Assembly: GCA_044445605.1 (NCBI GenBank)
Contig: JBIOEA010000007.1
Span: 3,073 to 67,072 of the forward strand
DNA length: 64,000 nucleotides
Direction: 5' to 3'
DNA from: Gammaproteobacteria bacterium
GTDB taxonomy: Bacteria; Pseudomonadota; Gammaproteobacteria; JABCZS01
Both the position numbers and the translations under genes were made by a program. A model generated the notes under the pieces. The model worked only from the letters and a program-made list of their open reading frames with translations. It ran no database searches and was not told the DNA's origin. The stretch's first letter is position 1. Each line of letters starts with the position of its first letter. Below are positions 47,426-59,703 of the stretch, piece after piece.

Positions 47426-48430
47426 TTAGGCGAGTGCTTCCGCAGATTCATTAGCTAACGAAAAAGTCTTCAAGCGATCTTCAAAGGCCTTGAACATACT
47501 TTGATGATCAACTTCGAAGCACACTTTCACCGCAGGCAAATCAGTCCAGGCATGTGGGTGAGACCATTTTGTACGGTCGTCCATGATCATATGGCCACGT
47601 AATCTATCTTCGCCGCCCATCACATGTAGGCCGCCGCTGCGGAACCCGAAATATTCGGGGTGGATAAGATACATGACAGGGTAGAGATCGTGAACGACCA
47701 TCCCTTCAACAGGAACACCATTGTGCTCGAGCGTGCGATGGTAGAAGTTCTGGTAGAACTGCGATATGTTGCATAAGTATTCTCCCATCTCGCCATAAGC
47801 AGCGAAATCTTTCACGTGCCTGCTAGGCATGATGGCATGATTAGTCACATCAAGCGGGAACAGTACGACAGGCCAAGTGGCATGGAAGACTTTTTCAGCT
47901 GCTTCCGGGTCATTGAACGTATTAGCCTCTGCGGCAGGGTTAACGTTTCCATTGCAATGAATCGCGCCACCCATGACAACGACTTCTTTGACCAATGCTG
48001 CGATGCCGGGATCATGATCCAGCGCAAGGGCTAGATTGACCATGGGTGCAATCGCAATGATAGTGACTTCACCGGGGTTCGCACGGATGATATCGCACAT
48101 CATGACATGAGCAGGACGCGGATCGTTTTGACCAATATCTTCCGCCTGAAAGGTGTCACCCAAACCATCTTTACCATGCACAAAATCAGCGCATAATGAT
48201 TGGGGACGCTTATAGGGTTTATGGCTACCTTCAGCCACTGGAATGTGAGATTGACCGAAACGCTTCATTAAATAGCGCGCATTGATGGCTGCAAGCGGGG
48301 TGGGCACATTGCCGAAGGTGGTGGTGATCCCGAGAACCTCAAGTTGAGGATGGGTCACGGCATAAAAGAGAGCGAAGGCATCGTCGACGCCTGGGTCTGT
48401 ATCGATAATCACTTTTTTACGTTTTAGCAT
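47426..48430 (-). CDS. Nucleoside hydrolase (IUNH family)
   Basis: N-terminal DTDPGVDDAFAL aspartate-cluster signature. Confidence 0.9.
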   Translation of the reverse strand: MLKRKKVIIDTDPGVDDAFALFYAVTHPQLEVLGITTTFGNVPTPLAAINARYLMKRFGQSHIPVAEGSHKPYKRPQSLCADFVHGKDGLGDTFQAEDIGQNDPRPAHVMMCDIIRANPGEVTIIAIAPMVNLALALDHDPGIAALVKEVVVMGGAIHCNGNVNPAAEANTFNDPEAAEKVFHATWPVVLFPLDVTNHAIMPSRHVKDFAAYGEMGEYLCNISQFYQNFYHRTLEHNGVPVEGMVVHDLYPVMYLIHPEYFGFRSGGLHVMGGEDRLRGHMIMDDRTKWSHPHAWTDLPAVKVCFEVDHQSMFKAFEDRLKTFSLANESAEALA

Positions 48431-48457
48431 TTTATCGTTCCTCGCGTTATATAACCC

Positions 48458-49444
48458 CTAGACATTGCGCCTTACTGCATAGTGAGCCAAGTCAACCATG
48501 GCGCGATGGTACATTGTATCAGGAAATCGTTCAATTGCCGAGATCGCCTTGGCGACATACTGCTCCGCCAGTGCCCGGGCATGTTCCAACGCGCCCGTTT
48601 TGATTAAAATGTTTTTGATTCCAACAAGTTGAGAGGGGTCCCTTTCTTGGATGGCTTGGCGGATAAAGGCTTGCTCAGCCTGGGTGCCATGCTCAAGGGC
48701 ATAGATGACCGGCAGGGTAAGGCTGCCATCAGCAAAATCGTCGCCTAAGCGTTTGCCGAGTGTCTCGCTGTCGCCCTGGTAGTCGAGGACATCGTCGATC
48801 AGCTGGAACCCAATACCCAATTGCATGCCATAGCTAGACAGTGCATCGAGGGTTGGGCGGTTAACGCTGGCAATCGTACCGGCCAAGACAGCTGAGACTT
48901 CGAAGAGTTTGCCTGTTTTTTCAGCAAGAATGCGTAAATGGTCTTCGACAGTCATGGCCAGGTTGCCGCGCTGAGACAGCTGAAGTAGCTCGCCTTGAGC
49001 CAGGGTCCGGGTCGCTGTTGCCATGCACTGGGTGACGGCGTTGTTCTCACAACCGGCTAACAGGCTAAAGCTGCGAGCGTATAAATAGTCACCGACCAAG
49101 ACGCTGGCAGGGTTGCCCCAGATTTGTTTAGCGGTCGGGCGACCACGACGCAGCGGCGAATCATCGACAACATCATCATGGAGAAGTGTGGCTGTATGCA
49201 CGAGCTCAATGGCGGCGGCTAAATCGATATGAAACGGGCCAGGGTAACCCAGGTGACCTGCCGTGAGGAGTAGGACCATGGGGCGAAGGCGCTTGCCACC
49301 GGCTTCTAAGACGTGCGAAGAGACATCTAGGGCGAGGCGAATATGGGGATCATTGTCTTGGAGAAGGGCTTCAACCTGAACGAGGGCCTCAGCAACGGGC
49401 CGTCTGATGGATTCCAGGGTAAGTATGTGCGTGTTTTCCTTCAT
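48458..49444 (-). CDS. ispB: Octaprenyl-diphosphate synthase (trans-polyprenyl diphosphate synthase)
   Basis: LLHDDVVDDS and FQLIDDVLD (two DDxxD motifs). Classical divergent arrangement with rplU. Confidence 0.9.
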   Translation of the reverse strand: MKENTHILTLESIRRPVAEALVQVEALLQDNDPHIRLALDVSSHVLEAGGKRLRPMVLLLTAGHLGYPGPFHIDLAAAIELVHTATLLHDDVVDDSPLRRGRPTAKQIWGNPASVLVGDYLYARSFSLLAGCENNAVTQCMATATRTLAQGELLQLSQRGNLAMTVEDHLRILAEKTGKLFEVSAVLAGTIASVNRPTLDALSSYGMQLGIGFQLIDDVLDYQGDSETLGKRLGDDFADGSLTLPVIYALEHGTQAEQAFIRQAIQERDPSQLVGIKNILIKTGALEHARALAEQYVAKAISAIERFPDTMYHRAMVDLAHYAVRRNV

Positions 49445-49536
49445 GTTGGTGATGATAATCTGCTTTTAGGGTGGGGGTCAAGCGGTATTCAATAATTTTG
49501 TGTTCAACAGGGTTTTTCTCAAACATCAAAAAAAGC

Positions 49537-49565
49537 TTGCATATCATATAAATCTCGATTAAAAT
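49537..49565 (+). promoter_or_regulatory. Predicted sigma70 promoter of rplU-rpmA(-obg): TTGCAT-17 nt-TAAAAT
   Basis: TTGCAT at 49537..49542, a 17-nt spacer, then TAAAAT at 49560..49565, 29 nt before the rplU ATG. Confidence 0.5.
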
Positions 49566-49593
49566 CCGGGCTAGTTTGAAAGGGAGATGCATT

Positions 49594-49908
49594 ATGCATG
49601 CTGTAATTAAGACAGGTGGCCGGCAAATTAAGGTCGCTGTAGGGGACAAGTTCAAAATTCACAAAATGCCTGTTGAAGCGGGTGATGAAGTGGCTTTTGA
49701 TGAAGTGTTACTCCTGACAGACGGCGCCGGTAATTTAACAATCGGTCAACCGTTAGTGAAAGGGGCGAAGGTACTTGCAAAGGTATTGAGCCATGGACGT
49801 GGTGCGAAAGTGCTGGTTCAAAAGTTTAGACGTCGTAAGCATTACGATAAAATCCAAGGTCATCGCCAAGATTTCACGGAAATTGAAATTCTGGGCATCA
49901 ACGTTTAA
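49594..49908 (+). CDS. rplU: 50S ribosomal protein L21
   Basis: [14 protein letters not shown], with a GGGAGA Shine-Dalgarno upstream. The ORF-track start at 49576 was rejected. Confidence 0.95.
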   Translation: MHAVIKTGGRQIKVAVGDKFKIHKMPVEAGDEVAFDEVLLLTDGAGNLTIGQPLVKGAKVLAKVLSHGRGAKVLVQKFRRRKHYDKIQGHRQDFTEIEILGINV

Positions 49909-49921
49909 GGAGTAGTGCAAA

Positions 49922-50203
49922 ATGGCACATAAAAAAGCCGGTGGTAGCACGCGAAATGGCAGAGACTCCAACCCTAAATATTTAGGTGTGAAGCGTTTTG
50001 GTGGCCAGGTCGTGAAGGCGGGTAACATTTTGATGCGTCAACGTGGCACACATGTTCATGCAGGGTTGAATGTAGGGATTGGTCGCGACCATACCTTGTT
50101 TGCCTTGGTTGATGGTATTGTCAAGTTTCAACGGAAAGGCGAGCATTATCGTCAATTCGTGAGTGTTGTTCCTGCAGTAGCTGAAGCAGCTGAAGCAGAA
50201 TAA
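49922..50203 (+). CDS. rpmA: 50S ribosomal protein L27
   Basis: [28 protein letters not shown]. Has a short acidic C-terminal extension (AEAAEAE). Confidence 0.97.
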   Translation: MAHKKAGGSTRNGRDSNPKYLGVKRFGGQVVKAGNILMRQRGTHVHAGLNVGIGRDHTLFALVDGIVKFQRKGEHYRQFVSVVPAVAEAAEAE

Positions 50204-50223
50204 CGGCACAATGATGCAAGACG

Positions 50224-52852
<2,629 letters not shown>

Positions 52853-53019
52853 CCGAAATCTCCGGTCCCTGGGATAATGCAAGGAGAGATGATATCATAT
52901 TGGCCGTACGAGGCAAAATCCCGTGGGCGTGGTTGCCAAGCGCTCATGATCTGTCCTGTTTGTGCGATATGAGTGTCGTATATTTAAAGAAGTTAAATTA
53001 ATAATGGAAGTTTTTTGGT

Positions 53020-53484
53020 ATGAAAAATTCAACATCCGATATTCACGAAGTCATTCGGCCGCTGTTATTCGAGCCGGATATTGATCGCGTCATTGATATT
53101 TGGTATCAAGGATCAATTCTTGCGCATTCTTTCGTCGATGAAAAATACTGGCTAAATGCTAAAACCTTGATGAAAGAAGTCTATATTCCAAACTCTAAAA
53201 CATGGGTGTTGTTGGCTGATAATATAATCATTGGATTTTATTCTATTGCTGAAGATAGTTTAGCTGCTATCTTCATCGACCCCAAATTTCATGGCAAGGG
53301 ATATGGTAGGATACTGCTTCAGCATGCGTTTGCACACAACCAAACATTACAGTTGCATGTGTACCAAAAAAATAATAAGGCAGTTAATTTTTACCGCGCG
53401 AATGAGTTTTATATTGAGTCGGAATGTGTAGATGATAATACAGGTGAGTCAGAGTATATTATGCGTTGGAATCGCGAAGAGTGA
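53020..53484 (+). CDS. GNAT-family N-acetyltransferase
   Basis: 154 aa. FIDPKFHGKGYGRILLQHA is the acetyl-CoA-binding Q/RxxGxG/A motif. Confidence 0.8.
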   Translation: MKNSTSDIHEVIRPLLFEPDIDRVIDIWYQGSILAHSFVDEKYWLNAKTLMKEVYIPNSKTWVLLADNIIIGFYSIAEDSLAAIFIDPKFHGKGYGRILLQHAFAHNQTLQLHVYQKNNKAVNFYRANEFYIESECVDDNTGESEYIMRWNREE

Positions 53485-53499
53485 TGAGAGGAGGTTAAT

Positions 53500-53835
53500 A
53501 TGCCAAGCACACAAGGTAGCATTGATTATATTCTTGAGCAGATTGCAGATGCTGGGGTGGTAGCTGCTAAGAAAATGTTTGGGGAATATTGTTTATATTG
53601 CAATGGGAAGGTAGTTGCTCTTGTATGCGATGACCAGCTTTTTGTCAAACCAACGCAAGCTGGGAAGTCATTTGTAGGGGAATACGAGGAGAGGGCACCA
53701 TACAAGGGGGCAAAGCCTTATCTATATGTTCCTGGCGATAAGTGGGATGACGATAAGTGGGATGACAGTGAATGGCTGAGCACGTTGATTAAAATTTCCG
53801 CTTCTGAATTGCCATTACCGAAGATGAAAGGATGA
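53500..53835 (+). CDS. TfoX N-terminal-domain protein
   Basis: KKMFGEYCLYCNGKVVALVCDDQLFVKPT matches the TfoX_N pattern. Contains DKWDD x2 from a 15-nt tandem repeat at 53737..53766. Confidence 0.65.
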   Translation: MPSTQGSIDYILEQIADAGVVAAKKMFGEYCLYCNGKVVALVCDDQLFVKPTQAGKSFVGEYEERAPYKGAKPYLYVPGDKWDDDKWDDSEWLSTLIKISASELPLPKMKG

Positions 53836-54074
53836 GGGTTTGCTTCATTCCTTGGGGGCTGTGCGTTAGGAGGTTGACAGTTAATCAGGGATTTCCTGAC
53901 ATACATTCATGTATTAAATTGTTATTATAATGACTTGTTCGCGCAAAGCAGATTTCTTGTTTACCCGGAAACCTCCTCAACCTATTGAATTTATAGGTTA
54001 TCTGCGTTTGGCAGAGATCATGCTACACTTTGGATGTGTGTTCCATTACTTATTAATTTCCAGGAGATGTAATC

Positions 54075-54953
54075 ATGCCCAAGGATTTTGTTTTGGTTTA
54101 TATCTGGAAGAAACCTTCACCCACTGCGAGCAGCTTTTCGTTTATGTCTTGGGCAGGGACACTATTCTCTAAACCCTCAAATGAAGTGCATGGATCAGAA
54201 CTGGGCAGGAGAGACTCGCATATTGCTATCAGCATTCCTACAGAAACAGATAGCAAGTATTTCAGCTTCTGGCCTGAACCATTGATTCAAACGACCGAGT
54301 GTGGTGGGTATATGCATTCTCAAAATGAAGACGTTCAAAGCATGGGAAGAAAGGCTGATTTGATATTAATCATTAAAGATGCAGACACTGAAAAAGCGTT
54401 CAAAAAAGCGAAATATTTTGCAGCGCTTTGGGTGAATCATCTTGATTTTGCTGCTCTTCCCTGGGAGCGGGCACTTGCATATAAAACTTATGCCCCACAG
54501 AATGAAGCTCAAAGTGATCATTCCGCAGTATCCATCTATGGTATTTTGCTTTCAGCAATAGACTGTAGTAAAGCAGATATTAGACTTGAGAGTCATGGGG
54601 CGGGGGAGGTTACGACAGAAACTTTGCATGCCGCTTTAATTGCTCACCCACAAGTCAGTAGCGATATCTCAGCTTATCCAGGCGCTCTTAGTGAAGAACA
54701 AGTTGTCTTGCCTGAATATCCATTATATTTAAAACTCAAAGATGATAGGTTGAAAATGTTGCCCGAGGATCAACGAGAAATTAAAAGTTCTCTTCAATAT
54801 CGAGGAACCGAGTTTAACAAGGTCCTAAAGATGTTACTCGTTGTCTGCACTATGGGTGATGGGAAGAAAGCTTCGTTTCCAATTACAAATATCGAAACTG
54901 ATTCTAGTCGATATAATGAAGCGAAGGGGAAAGTGCAAGTGAAATTAAAATAA
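54075..54953 (+). CDS. Hypothetical protein (candidate effector), no recognised domain
   Basis: 292-aa ORF with GGAG 8 nt upstream of the ATG. AT-rich island. Confidence 0.5.
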   Translation: MPKDFVLVYIWKKPSPTASSFSFMSWAGTLFSKPSNEVHGSELGRRDSHIAISIPTETDSKYFSFWPEPLIQTTECGGYMHSQNEDVQSMGRKADLILIIKDADTEKAFKKAKYFAALWVNHLDFAALPWERALAYKTYAPQNEAQSDHSAVSIYGILLSAIDCSKADIRLESHGAGEVTTETLHAALIAHPQVSSDISAYPGALSEEQVVLPEYPLYLKLKDDRLKMLPEDQREIKSSLQYRGTEFNKVLKMLLVVCTMGDGKKASFPITNIETDSSRYNEAKGKVQVKLK

Positions 54954-55176
54954 TGGGCGAACGACGTCTGTCTCTATACCCATCGCACTTGAAGAAGCGG
55001 CTTAGTGCCTAATCAACTTTAGGTTCAAACGGGCTACGCCCACACCCGTTCGTATTTAAATAGTTATAGATAACGAACAGCTTCTAAACATTATACTACA
55101 TGGGTATGCTGAACCTAAGTATAATGGGTAGAACTAATGATATAATGTCATTTTTAAACACATAGAGTGGTTGCGC

Positions 55177-56112
55177 ATGATCATCAGCATTGATTGGGAC
55201 CATACATTCAGAAATGTTACAGGTATTGATCTGAATATTTTAGCACTCGTTTTATACGCTCAATCTAAGCAGATTCCGGTGGGTTTAACAACACATCGTG
55301 ATCTTGAAAACACAACATTATATACATTATATCATTGGCAGCATGGTCCTCACTCAAATGATGAGCGAGATGCATTGGCCGCAGCGATTCATTATTGGGA
55401 TGAAAATTTATTTAAACCCTTGAACATTCGGTTTGATTTCATTAACGCAAGGTATCAGCCTCGGTGCAAGGGTATAAATTATTATCAACATTCCATCTTG
55501 CCTTTAGAAAAAAGACTGGCAGAGGAAATTCTTGTCAATGGCATTTTAAATGCACCCGAGGTTGTGAGAAATAAAATAGGTGAGTATGCCGTTCCAGAAG
55601 AATTGCTTGATAACAACGAATTCAAGGAAGCGCAAATATTCTGGCTCAGCAATATGTATCAGCACGTTCATGACCATGCCACGCTCTATCATATTGATGA
55701 TAGTCGCGATGTTTGCGATTTTCTTCCGGAAAAACTCACGCAATTGAAAAACGGATTAACGGTAAAAACTATTTTATATCGAAGTTCGCCGCTTTTTTCA
55801 AATAAAGCATGCCTCGAATGCCTTTCTGACATTGGCTTATTAGACGATATAAACGATTTTATCAATCAGCATGAAATCGAAAACCTGATCCAAGACCATC
55901 GGAAGTGCTTGGCAGTTGTCATGGCGGTTTTGCAAATGGACGGCTTAAGTGACGAAGTGATTTCAACCATTGAGGATGTGTTGCATGAAATTGGGGAATC
56001 AATGAATTCAGATACAGACAAGCTCCATAAATTCGTTGAAAAACAATGCATGGAAACTCGAAAAAATAAGCATCCAATTTGTATTATGCCAAACTCTTTA
56101 ACCTTTAGATAG
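55177..56112 (+). CDS. Hypothetical protein with HAD-phosphatase-like motifs in the N-terminal half
   Basis: ISIDWDHT (motif I, DxDxT), GLTTHRD (motif II, T) and LYHIDDSRD (motif IV, DDxxD). The C-terminal ~120 aa are unassigned. I prefer the ATG at 55177 over the TTG at 55171. Confidence 0.5.
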   Translation: MIISIDWDHTFRNVTGIDLNILALVLYAQSKQIPVGLTTHRDLENTTLYTLYHWQHGPHSNDERDALAAAIHYWDENLFKPLNIRFDFINARYQPRCKGINYYQHSILPLEKRLAEEILVNGILNAPEVVRNKIGEYAVPEELLDNNEFKEAQIFWLSNMYQHVHDHATLYHIDDSRDVCDFLPEKLTQLKNGLTVKTILYRSSPLFSNKACLECLSDIGLLDDINDFINQHEIENLIQDHRKCLAVVMAVLQMDGLSDEVISTIEDVLHEIGESMNSDTDKLHKFVEKQCMETRKNKHPICIMPNSLTFR

Positions 56113-56128
56113 CGTAACCTTTTACGAT

Positions 56129-56190
56129 CACAAGATCTGACAACGAAGAACTCTTCGCCCCCTTTACAAAGCTGACCGTTACCCATAAGT
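56129..56190. repeat. Left terminal inverted repeat (62 nt)
   Basis: cacaagatctgacaacgaagaactcttcgccccctttacaaagctgaccgttacccataagt. Confidence 0.9.
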
Positions 56191-56830
56191 CGCCATCAGG
56201 GCCTGCTCATGAATAATTTTTGCGTTTAAACCAGGGCAATCGCATCTAGGAGGCCAACGGCCTCAAAGATTTTAGCCCAGGGCAAGCGAGCGCAGCGAAG
56301 CGTCGCCCTGGGTAAGATATGACAGAGGAGGTAGCGCTGAAAGCGCGGTGCGCCAAGGTAAACCTGGCAAATCTTGCGGGTGAAAGTCCTGCCATAGAAG
56401 GAGAACCGATTCCACTATGTAGCGAGTCTTGCGTCATTGTAGGTAACGAAAGTGACGAAGCGTAGACAGCGAAACTGGCGAGCCGAAACCCATGGTGGGT
56501 GAACGCGACAAGCCTCGAAATCAGCGTCCTTCGGGAGAGCAGATAAGATCGCGCTCTTAGCAAGCAACAGAGAGCATTCAGCAGCTAAATCGGGATGAAT
56601 GCACTCTCTCCCCGGGGTTATGAGCGTCAGCGAGCCAGTAGAGATATGCCGAGGAACTTGGGAAGTCCATAAATTTCTACAGGGACAGTAGTAGACGGAG
56701 TACAAGCGGATGAACCGCAAGGCTCAGTCGAAGGGTTTATGGATGGCGGAGTCGATCGTAGTAGCGAGGAAGCGAGTAATGATCGTGGAGCGAAGGGTCG
56801 GCAGATAGTGATAGCGAACGAGGGACACTT

Positions 56831-58162
56831 ATGACCGTAAATACAGAAGACGGGCACCAAAAGAAAACAAAACTCGAACGCATAGGCGAGCGAGCAAAGC
56901 ACAGACCCGATACAGTGTTCAATAACATTGGGCACGTTATCGATCTGGATTTGCTCAGGGAATGTTACCGAGAGTTGGATGGAAAGAAGGCGATCGGCAC
57001 AGATGGCGTAACCAAGGCAGCATATGGGGAAAAGCTAGAGGGGAACTTGCAAGCTCTTTTGGCCAGACTGCATAAGCGCGCATACAAACCTCAAGCCTCG
57101 AGGCTGGTAGAAATACCGAAAGAAGACGGAAGCACAAGACCACTGGCGATCTCTTGTTTTGAAGACAAGATCGTACAGCTGGCGATGTCGAAGATTCTGA
57201 CGGCGGTATTCGAACCAGAATTTCTTCCGTGTTCGTATGGATACCGAGAAGGGGTGAATGGGCATGAAGCACTGCGAGCCTTGATGAAACACAGCAATGC
57301 GAACCCCGATGGCATAACGATAGAAATTGACCTGAGGAAATACTTCAATTCAATACCCCACCATCATTTGATGGAGATATTGGAGAAGAAGATCTCAGAC
57401 AAATATATACTGCGATTGGCTTTCAGGCTGATGCGCTCACCGATGATGGTGAATGGAAAAGCAGAGCTGAATAAAGTCGGATGCCCGCAGGGTTCGATCG
57501 TGGCGCCGGTCTTATCAAACATCTACCTAAACTACGTGATCGATAACTGGTTTGCGAAAATCAGGGAAAATCACTTCAGGGGTAGGGCAGAGATGGTGAG
57601 ATTTGCAGATGACATGGTGTTTGTGTTTCAAATTAAAGATGACGCGGAAAGATTTTACAAAGTTCTGCCCAAACGACTAGAGAAATATGGATTGACATTA
57701 CACGAAGAGAAATCGAGTATGATCAGATCCGGCAGCAAGGCGGCAGCCGAGGCTGAAAAGAGAGGCGAGCGCTTACCCACATATAAATTCTTAGGATTTA
57801 CATGCTACTGGGGAAAGAGTCGAAATGGATGGTTTAGGTTGAAATACAAAAGCCGATCGGATCGATTTGCGGGGAAGCTCAATGGTCTGCGGAAACACCT
57901 CAAAGAGAATCTAAATCAGAAGACGCACATAATCCTAGAACAGGTAAAGAGGATAGTCATGGGATGGGCGAACTATCACGCGATCTCAGACAATCGAGGG
58001 CAAGTAGAGGCGTTTATTCACTGGAGTAAACGAGCGCTATTTGGCTGGATAAACCGGAAGGGAGGAAGGCGAAAGATGAGCTGGATAAAATTTGAAGAAC
58101 TTATGGAACGTGTAAACTACCCGAAGAGCTTTAGAACAACATCGATGTTCACGACTCGCTGA
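56831..58162 (+). CDS. Group II intron reverse transcriptase/maturase (no endonuclease domain evident)
   Basis: 443 aa. RT motifs are IDLRKYFNSIPH, CPQGSIVAPVLSNIYLNYV and VRFADDMVFVF (YADD-type). The maturase X domain has GWANYH. The protein ends about 60 aa after domain X. Confidence 0.92.
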   Translation: MTVNTEDGHQKKTKLERIGERAKHRPDTVFNNIGHVIDLDLLRECYRELDGKKAIGTDGVTKAAYGEKLEGNLQALLARLHKRAYKPQASRLVEIPKEDGSTRPLAISCFEDKIVQLAMSKILTAVFEPEFLPCSYGYREGVNGHEALRALMKHSNANPDGITIEIDLRKYFNSIPHHHLMEILEKKISDKYILRLAFRLMRSPMMVNGKAELNKVGCPQGSIVAPVLSNIYLNYVIDNWFAKIRENHFRGRAEMVRFADDMVFVFQIKDDAERFYKVLPKRLEKYGLTLHEEKSSMIRSGSKAAAEAEKRGERLPTYKFLGFTCYWGKSRNGWFRLKYKSRSDRFAGKLNGLRKHLKENLNQKTHIILEQVKRIVMGWANYHAISDNRGQVEAFIHWSKRALFGWINRKGGRRKMSWIKFEELMERVNYPKSFRTTSMFTTR

Positions 58163-58180
58163 ATAACTTAGCACTATCGG

Positions 58181-58213
58181 GAGCCGGATGCGGGAAATCC
58201 GCAAGTCCGGTTC
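58181..58213 (+). ncRNA. Group II intron catalytic domain V
   Basis: GAGCCGGAUGCGGGAAAUCCGCAAGUCCGGUUC has the AGC triad, a 2-nt bulge and a GAAA-type loop. It is near-identical in architecture to the consensus GAGCCGUAUGCG..GAAA..CGCACGUACGGUUC. Confidence 0.9.
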
Positions 58214-58397
58214 TGAGGAGGGGTTTACCAGGGCAACCTGGCAGATCTACTCACCCCAGAACTACTTACGCGCTTTCAGCGCTCAATATATTGTTCCATT
58301 ATTACCCTGGGTTACGGTGCGCTGCGCGCACCTAACCCAGGGCTAAAATCTTAGAGGCCTGCGGCCTAAAATTAAAACTGCAGAGTAGCGCATCTTT

Positions 58398-58459
58398 ACT
58401 TATGGGTAACGCTCAGCTTTGTAAAGGGGGCGAAGAGTTCTTCGTTGTCAGATCTTGTG
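58398..58459. repeat. Right terminal inverted repeat (62 nt)
   Basis: Its reverse complement equals the left TIR except for one base (gctgaCcgtt versus gctgaGcgtt). Confidence 0.9.
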
Positions 58460-58478
58460 GTAGTGAACGATTACCTTA

Positions 58479-59096
58479 TTACTTGTTCATCTTCATACGC
58501 TTCCTATTATCGCGATCATCATCCTTATCATCATCGTTTCCATCCTTAATATTCTGATTTGCTGCGATTGAAATTTTAGCATTATGAGCATCAATTGCCT
58601 CTATAACAGTTTGCTTTGGATCATCTCCGCGTTTTAATACGGCGATACATAAACCTGTCCATACATTTATATCAGAATCAAATTTCATCTTTTTAAAAAT
58701 CATTGTATGAGCTGGGTATAAAAACTCTCCACTCCCTATAGCCATGCGCTTACAACGATTGTCACAATATTTTTCATACTTCCCATCAGGATCAGTGACC
58801 ACGCAAAACTCAGGGGTGTTGTCAGGGGTTTTGAAGGCGCGATTTTTTCTGGCAGTTTTTTCGTCTTCATCGCTCATCGTACTGATAACACGCATTGCAA
58901 TATTGCGCGCTTTATAAGCCGAAAGGGCTTCGATGTGACCTTCCAAATCTTTAGTGCAACCCTTAAACTTTAGCGTTGTCCATTCATTTTCTCTTCCTGC
59001 ATATAATGGATTACCAGCACCCGGTAGATAAGCGAGTACCAGGTAATCACTCTCCAGCGTCGCCGGAATATCACATATGCTATTTAATGTTGGCAT
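58479..59096 (-). CDS. Hypothetical protein with a strongly charged C-terminal tail
   Basis: 205 aa. The tail is DGNDDDKDDDRDNRKRMKMNK. Overlaps the upstream GNAT gene by 17 nt, which suggests an operon. Confidence 0.5.
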   Translation of the reverse strand: MPTLNSICDIPATLESDYLVLAYLPGAGNPLYAGRENEWTTLKFKGCTKDLEGHIEALSAYKARNIAMRVISTMSDEDEKTARKNRAFKTPDNTPEFCVVTDPDGKYEKYCDNRCKRMAIGSGEFLYPAHTMIFKKMKFDSDINVWTGLCIAVLKRGDDPKQTVIEAIDAHNAKISIAANQNIKDGNDDDKDDDRDNRKRMKMNK

Positions 59097-59640
59097 TATT
59101 TTGTACCTCCTTATCCATGTACAAAAACTTGACTGGCAAACGATTGGGCAAAGTCAGGGTGTAATCCTTTTTTGCGATAAATCCGTGCCTTGTGTAAAAT
59201 GAAATGCCTGGGACAGTAGCCATTAACTCTAATGTTGTGAAACCAGCTTTTCTAGCTTCTTGTTCACAATGTTGCAATAAAATAGTGGCTAATCCTTGAC
59301 GCGCAAAATCAGGATGAATAAAAAAGGCTCTGATTTTGGCGGGATCTTTTGCTGGGTCAAGAAATCCCGGCACACGTGAGCTTGATTGATCGCCTCCAAA
59401 TAATGTGTTACGTAGACTGTAGCCACCGCATCCTGCAATGATATTGTCCAGCTCAATCACGAAATATGTTTTATCGATGATCAGTTCTTTGTCGACCCCA
59501 AAAACATATTGATTTAAACCTTCAATTTCTTTTGACGTATAATAATTCTCGCTCAGCTTGAGCGCTGAAAGATGGATTAACCTGTTGAGAATGTCCACCT
59601 CATCGAGGCGTGCATGTCGGATGTTAAAATTTGGCATCAT
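59080..59640 (-). CDS. GNAT-family N-acetyltransferase
   Basis: 186 aa. FFIHPDFARQGLATILLQHCEQEARKAG is the acetyl-CoA-binding motif. Confidence 0.8.
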   Translation of the reverse strand: MMPNFNIRHARLDEVDILNRLIHLSALKLSENYYTSKEIEGLNQYVFGVDKELIIDKTYFVIELDNIIAGCGGYSLRNTLFGGDQSSSRVPGFLDPAKDPAKIRAFFIHPDFARQGLATILLQHCEQEARKAGFTTLELMATVPGISFYTRHGFIAKKDYTLTLPNRLPVKFLYMDKEVQNNANIK

Positions 59641-59703
59641 CTAAACTCCACTGGCTGGTGCTTAAATAATAGCATGTATACGAAGAAGAGAAATAGGGTG
59701 AAA

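Larger units (their letters stand above)
56348..58269 (+). mobile_element. Bacterial group II intron (ribozyme domains I-VI plus intron-encoded protein); 3' boundary approximate (58262-58269)
   Basis: The 5' end GTGCGCC begins at 56348, directly after the hairpin GCGC-tgaaa-GCGC-G. The ORF lies in domain IV. Domain V is at 58181..58213. A GNRA-capped helix (CCAGG-GCAA-CCTGG) follows, and candidate 3' AC ends lie at 58262, 58265 and 58269. Confidence 0.85.
56129..58459. mobile_element. Palindromic MITE-like element (~410 bp without its cargo) carrying a group II intron at its centre
   Basis: The outer 62 nt at 56129..56190 are the reverse complement of 58398..58459 (61/62). The inner arms carry the same hairpin modules in mirrored order. 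Confidence 0.7.

Noticed and set aside
55866-56186. 106-aa minus-strand ORF crossing the 3' end of the HAD-like gene and the left TIR
   Set aside because: It is antisense to a better-supported gene and runs through the inverted-repeat sequence. Its mirror sequence in the right TIR would generate a similar pseudo-ORF. It is an artefact of the palindrome.
56246-56935. Minus-strand ORFs 56246..56563, 56415..56720, 56627..56935 and 56737..56928 from the ORF track
   Set aside because: They lie antisense within domains I-III of the group II intron RNA, which is GC-rich structured RNA. They have no start context and overlap each other, so I treat them as spurious.
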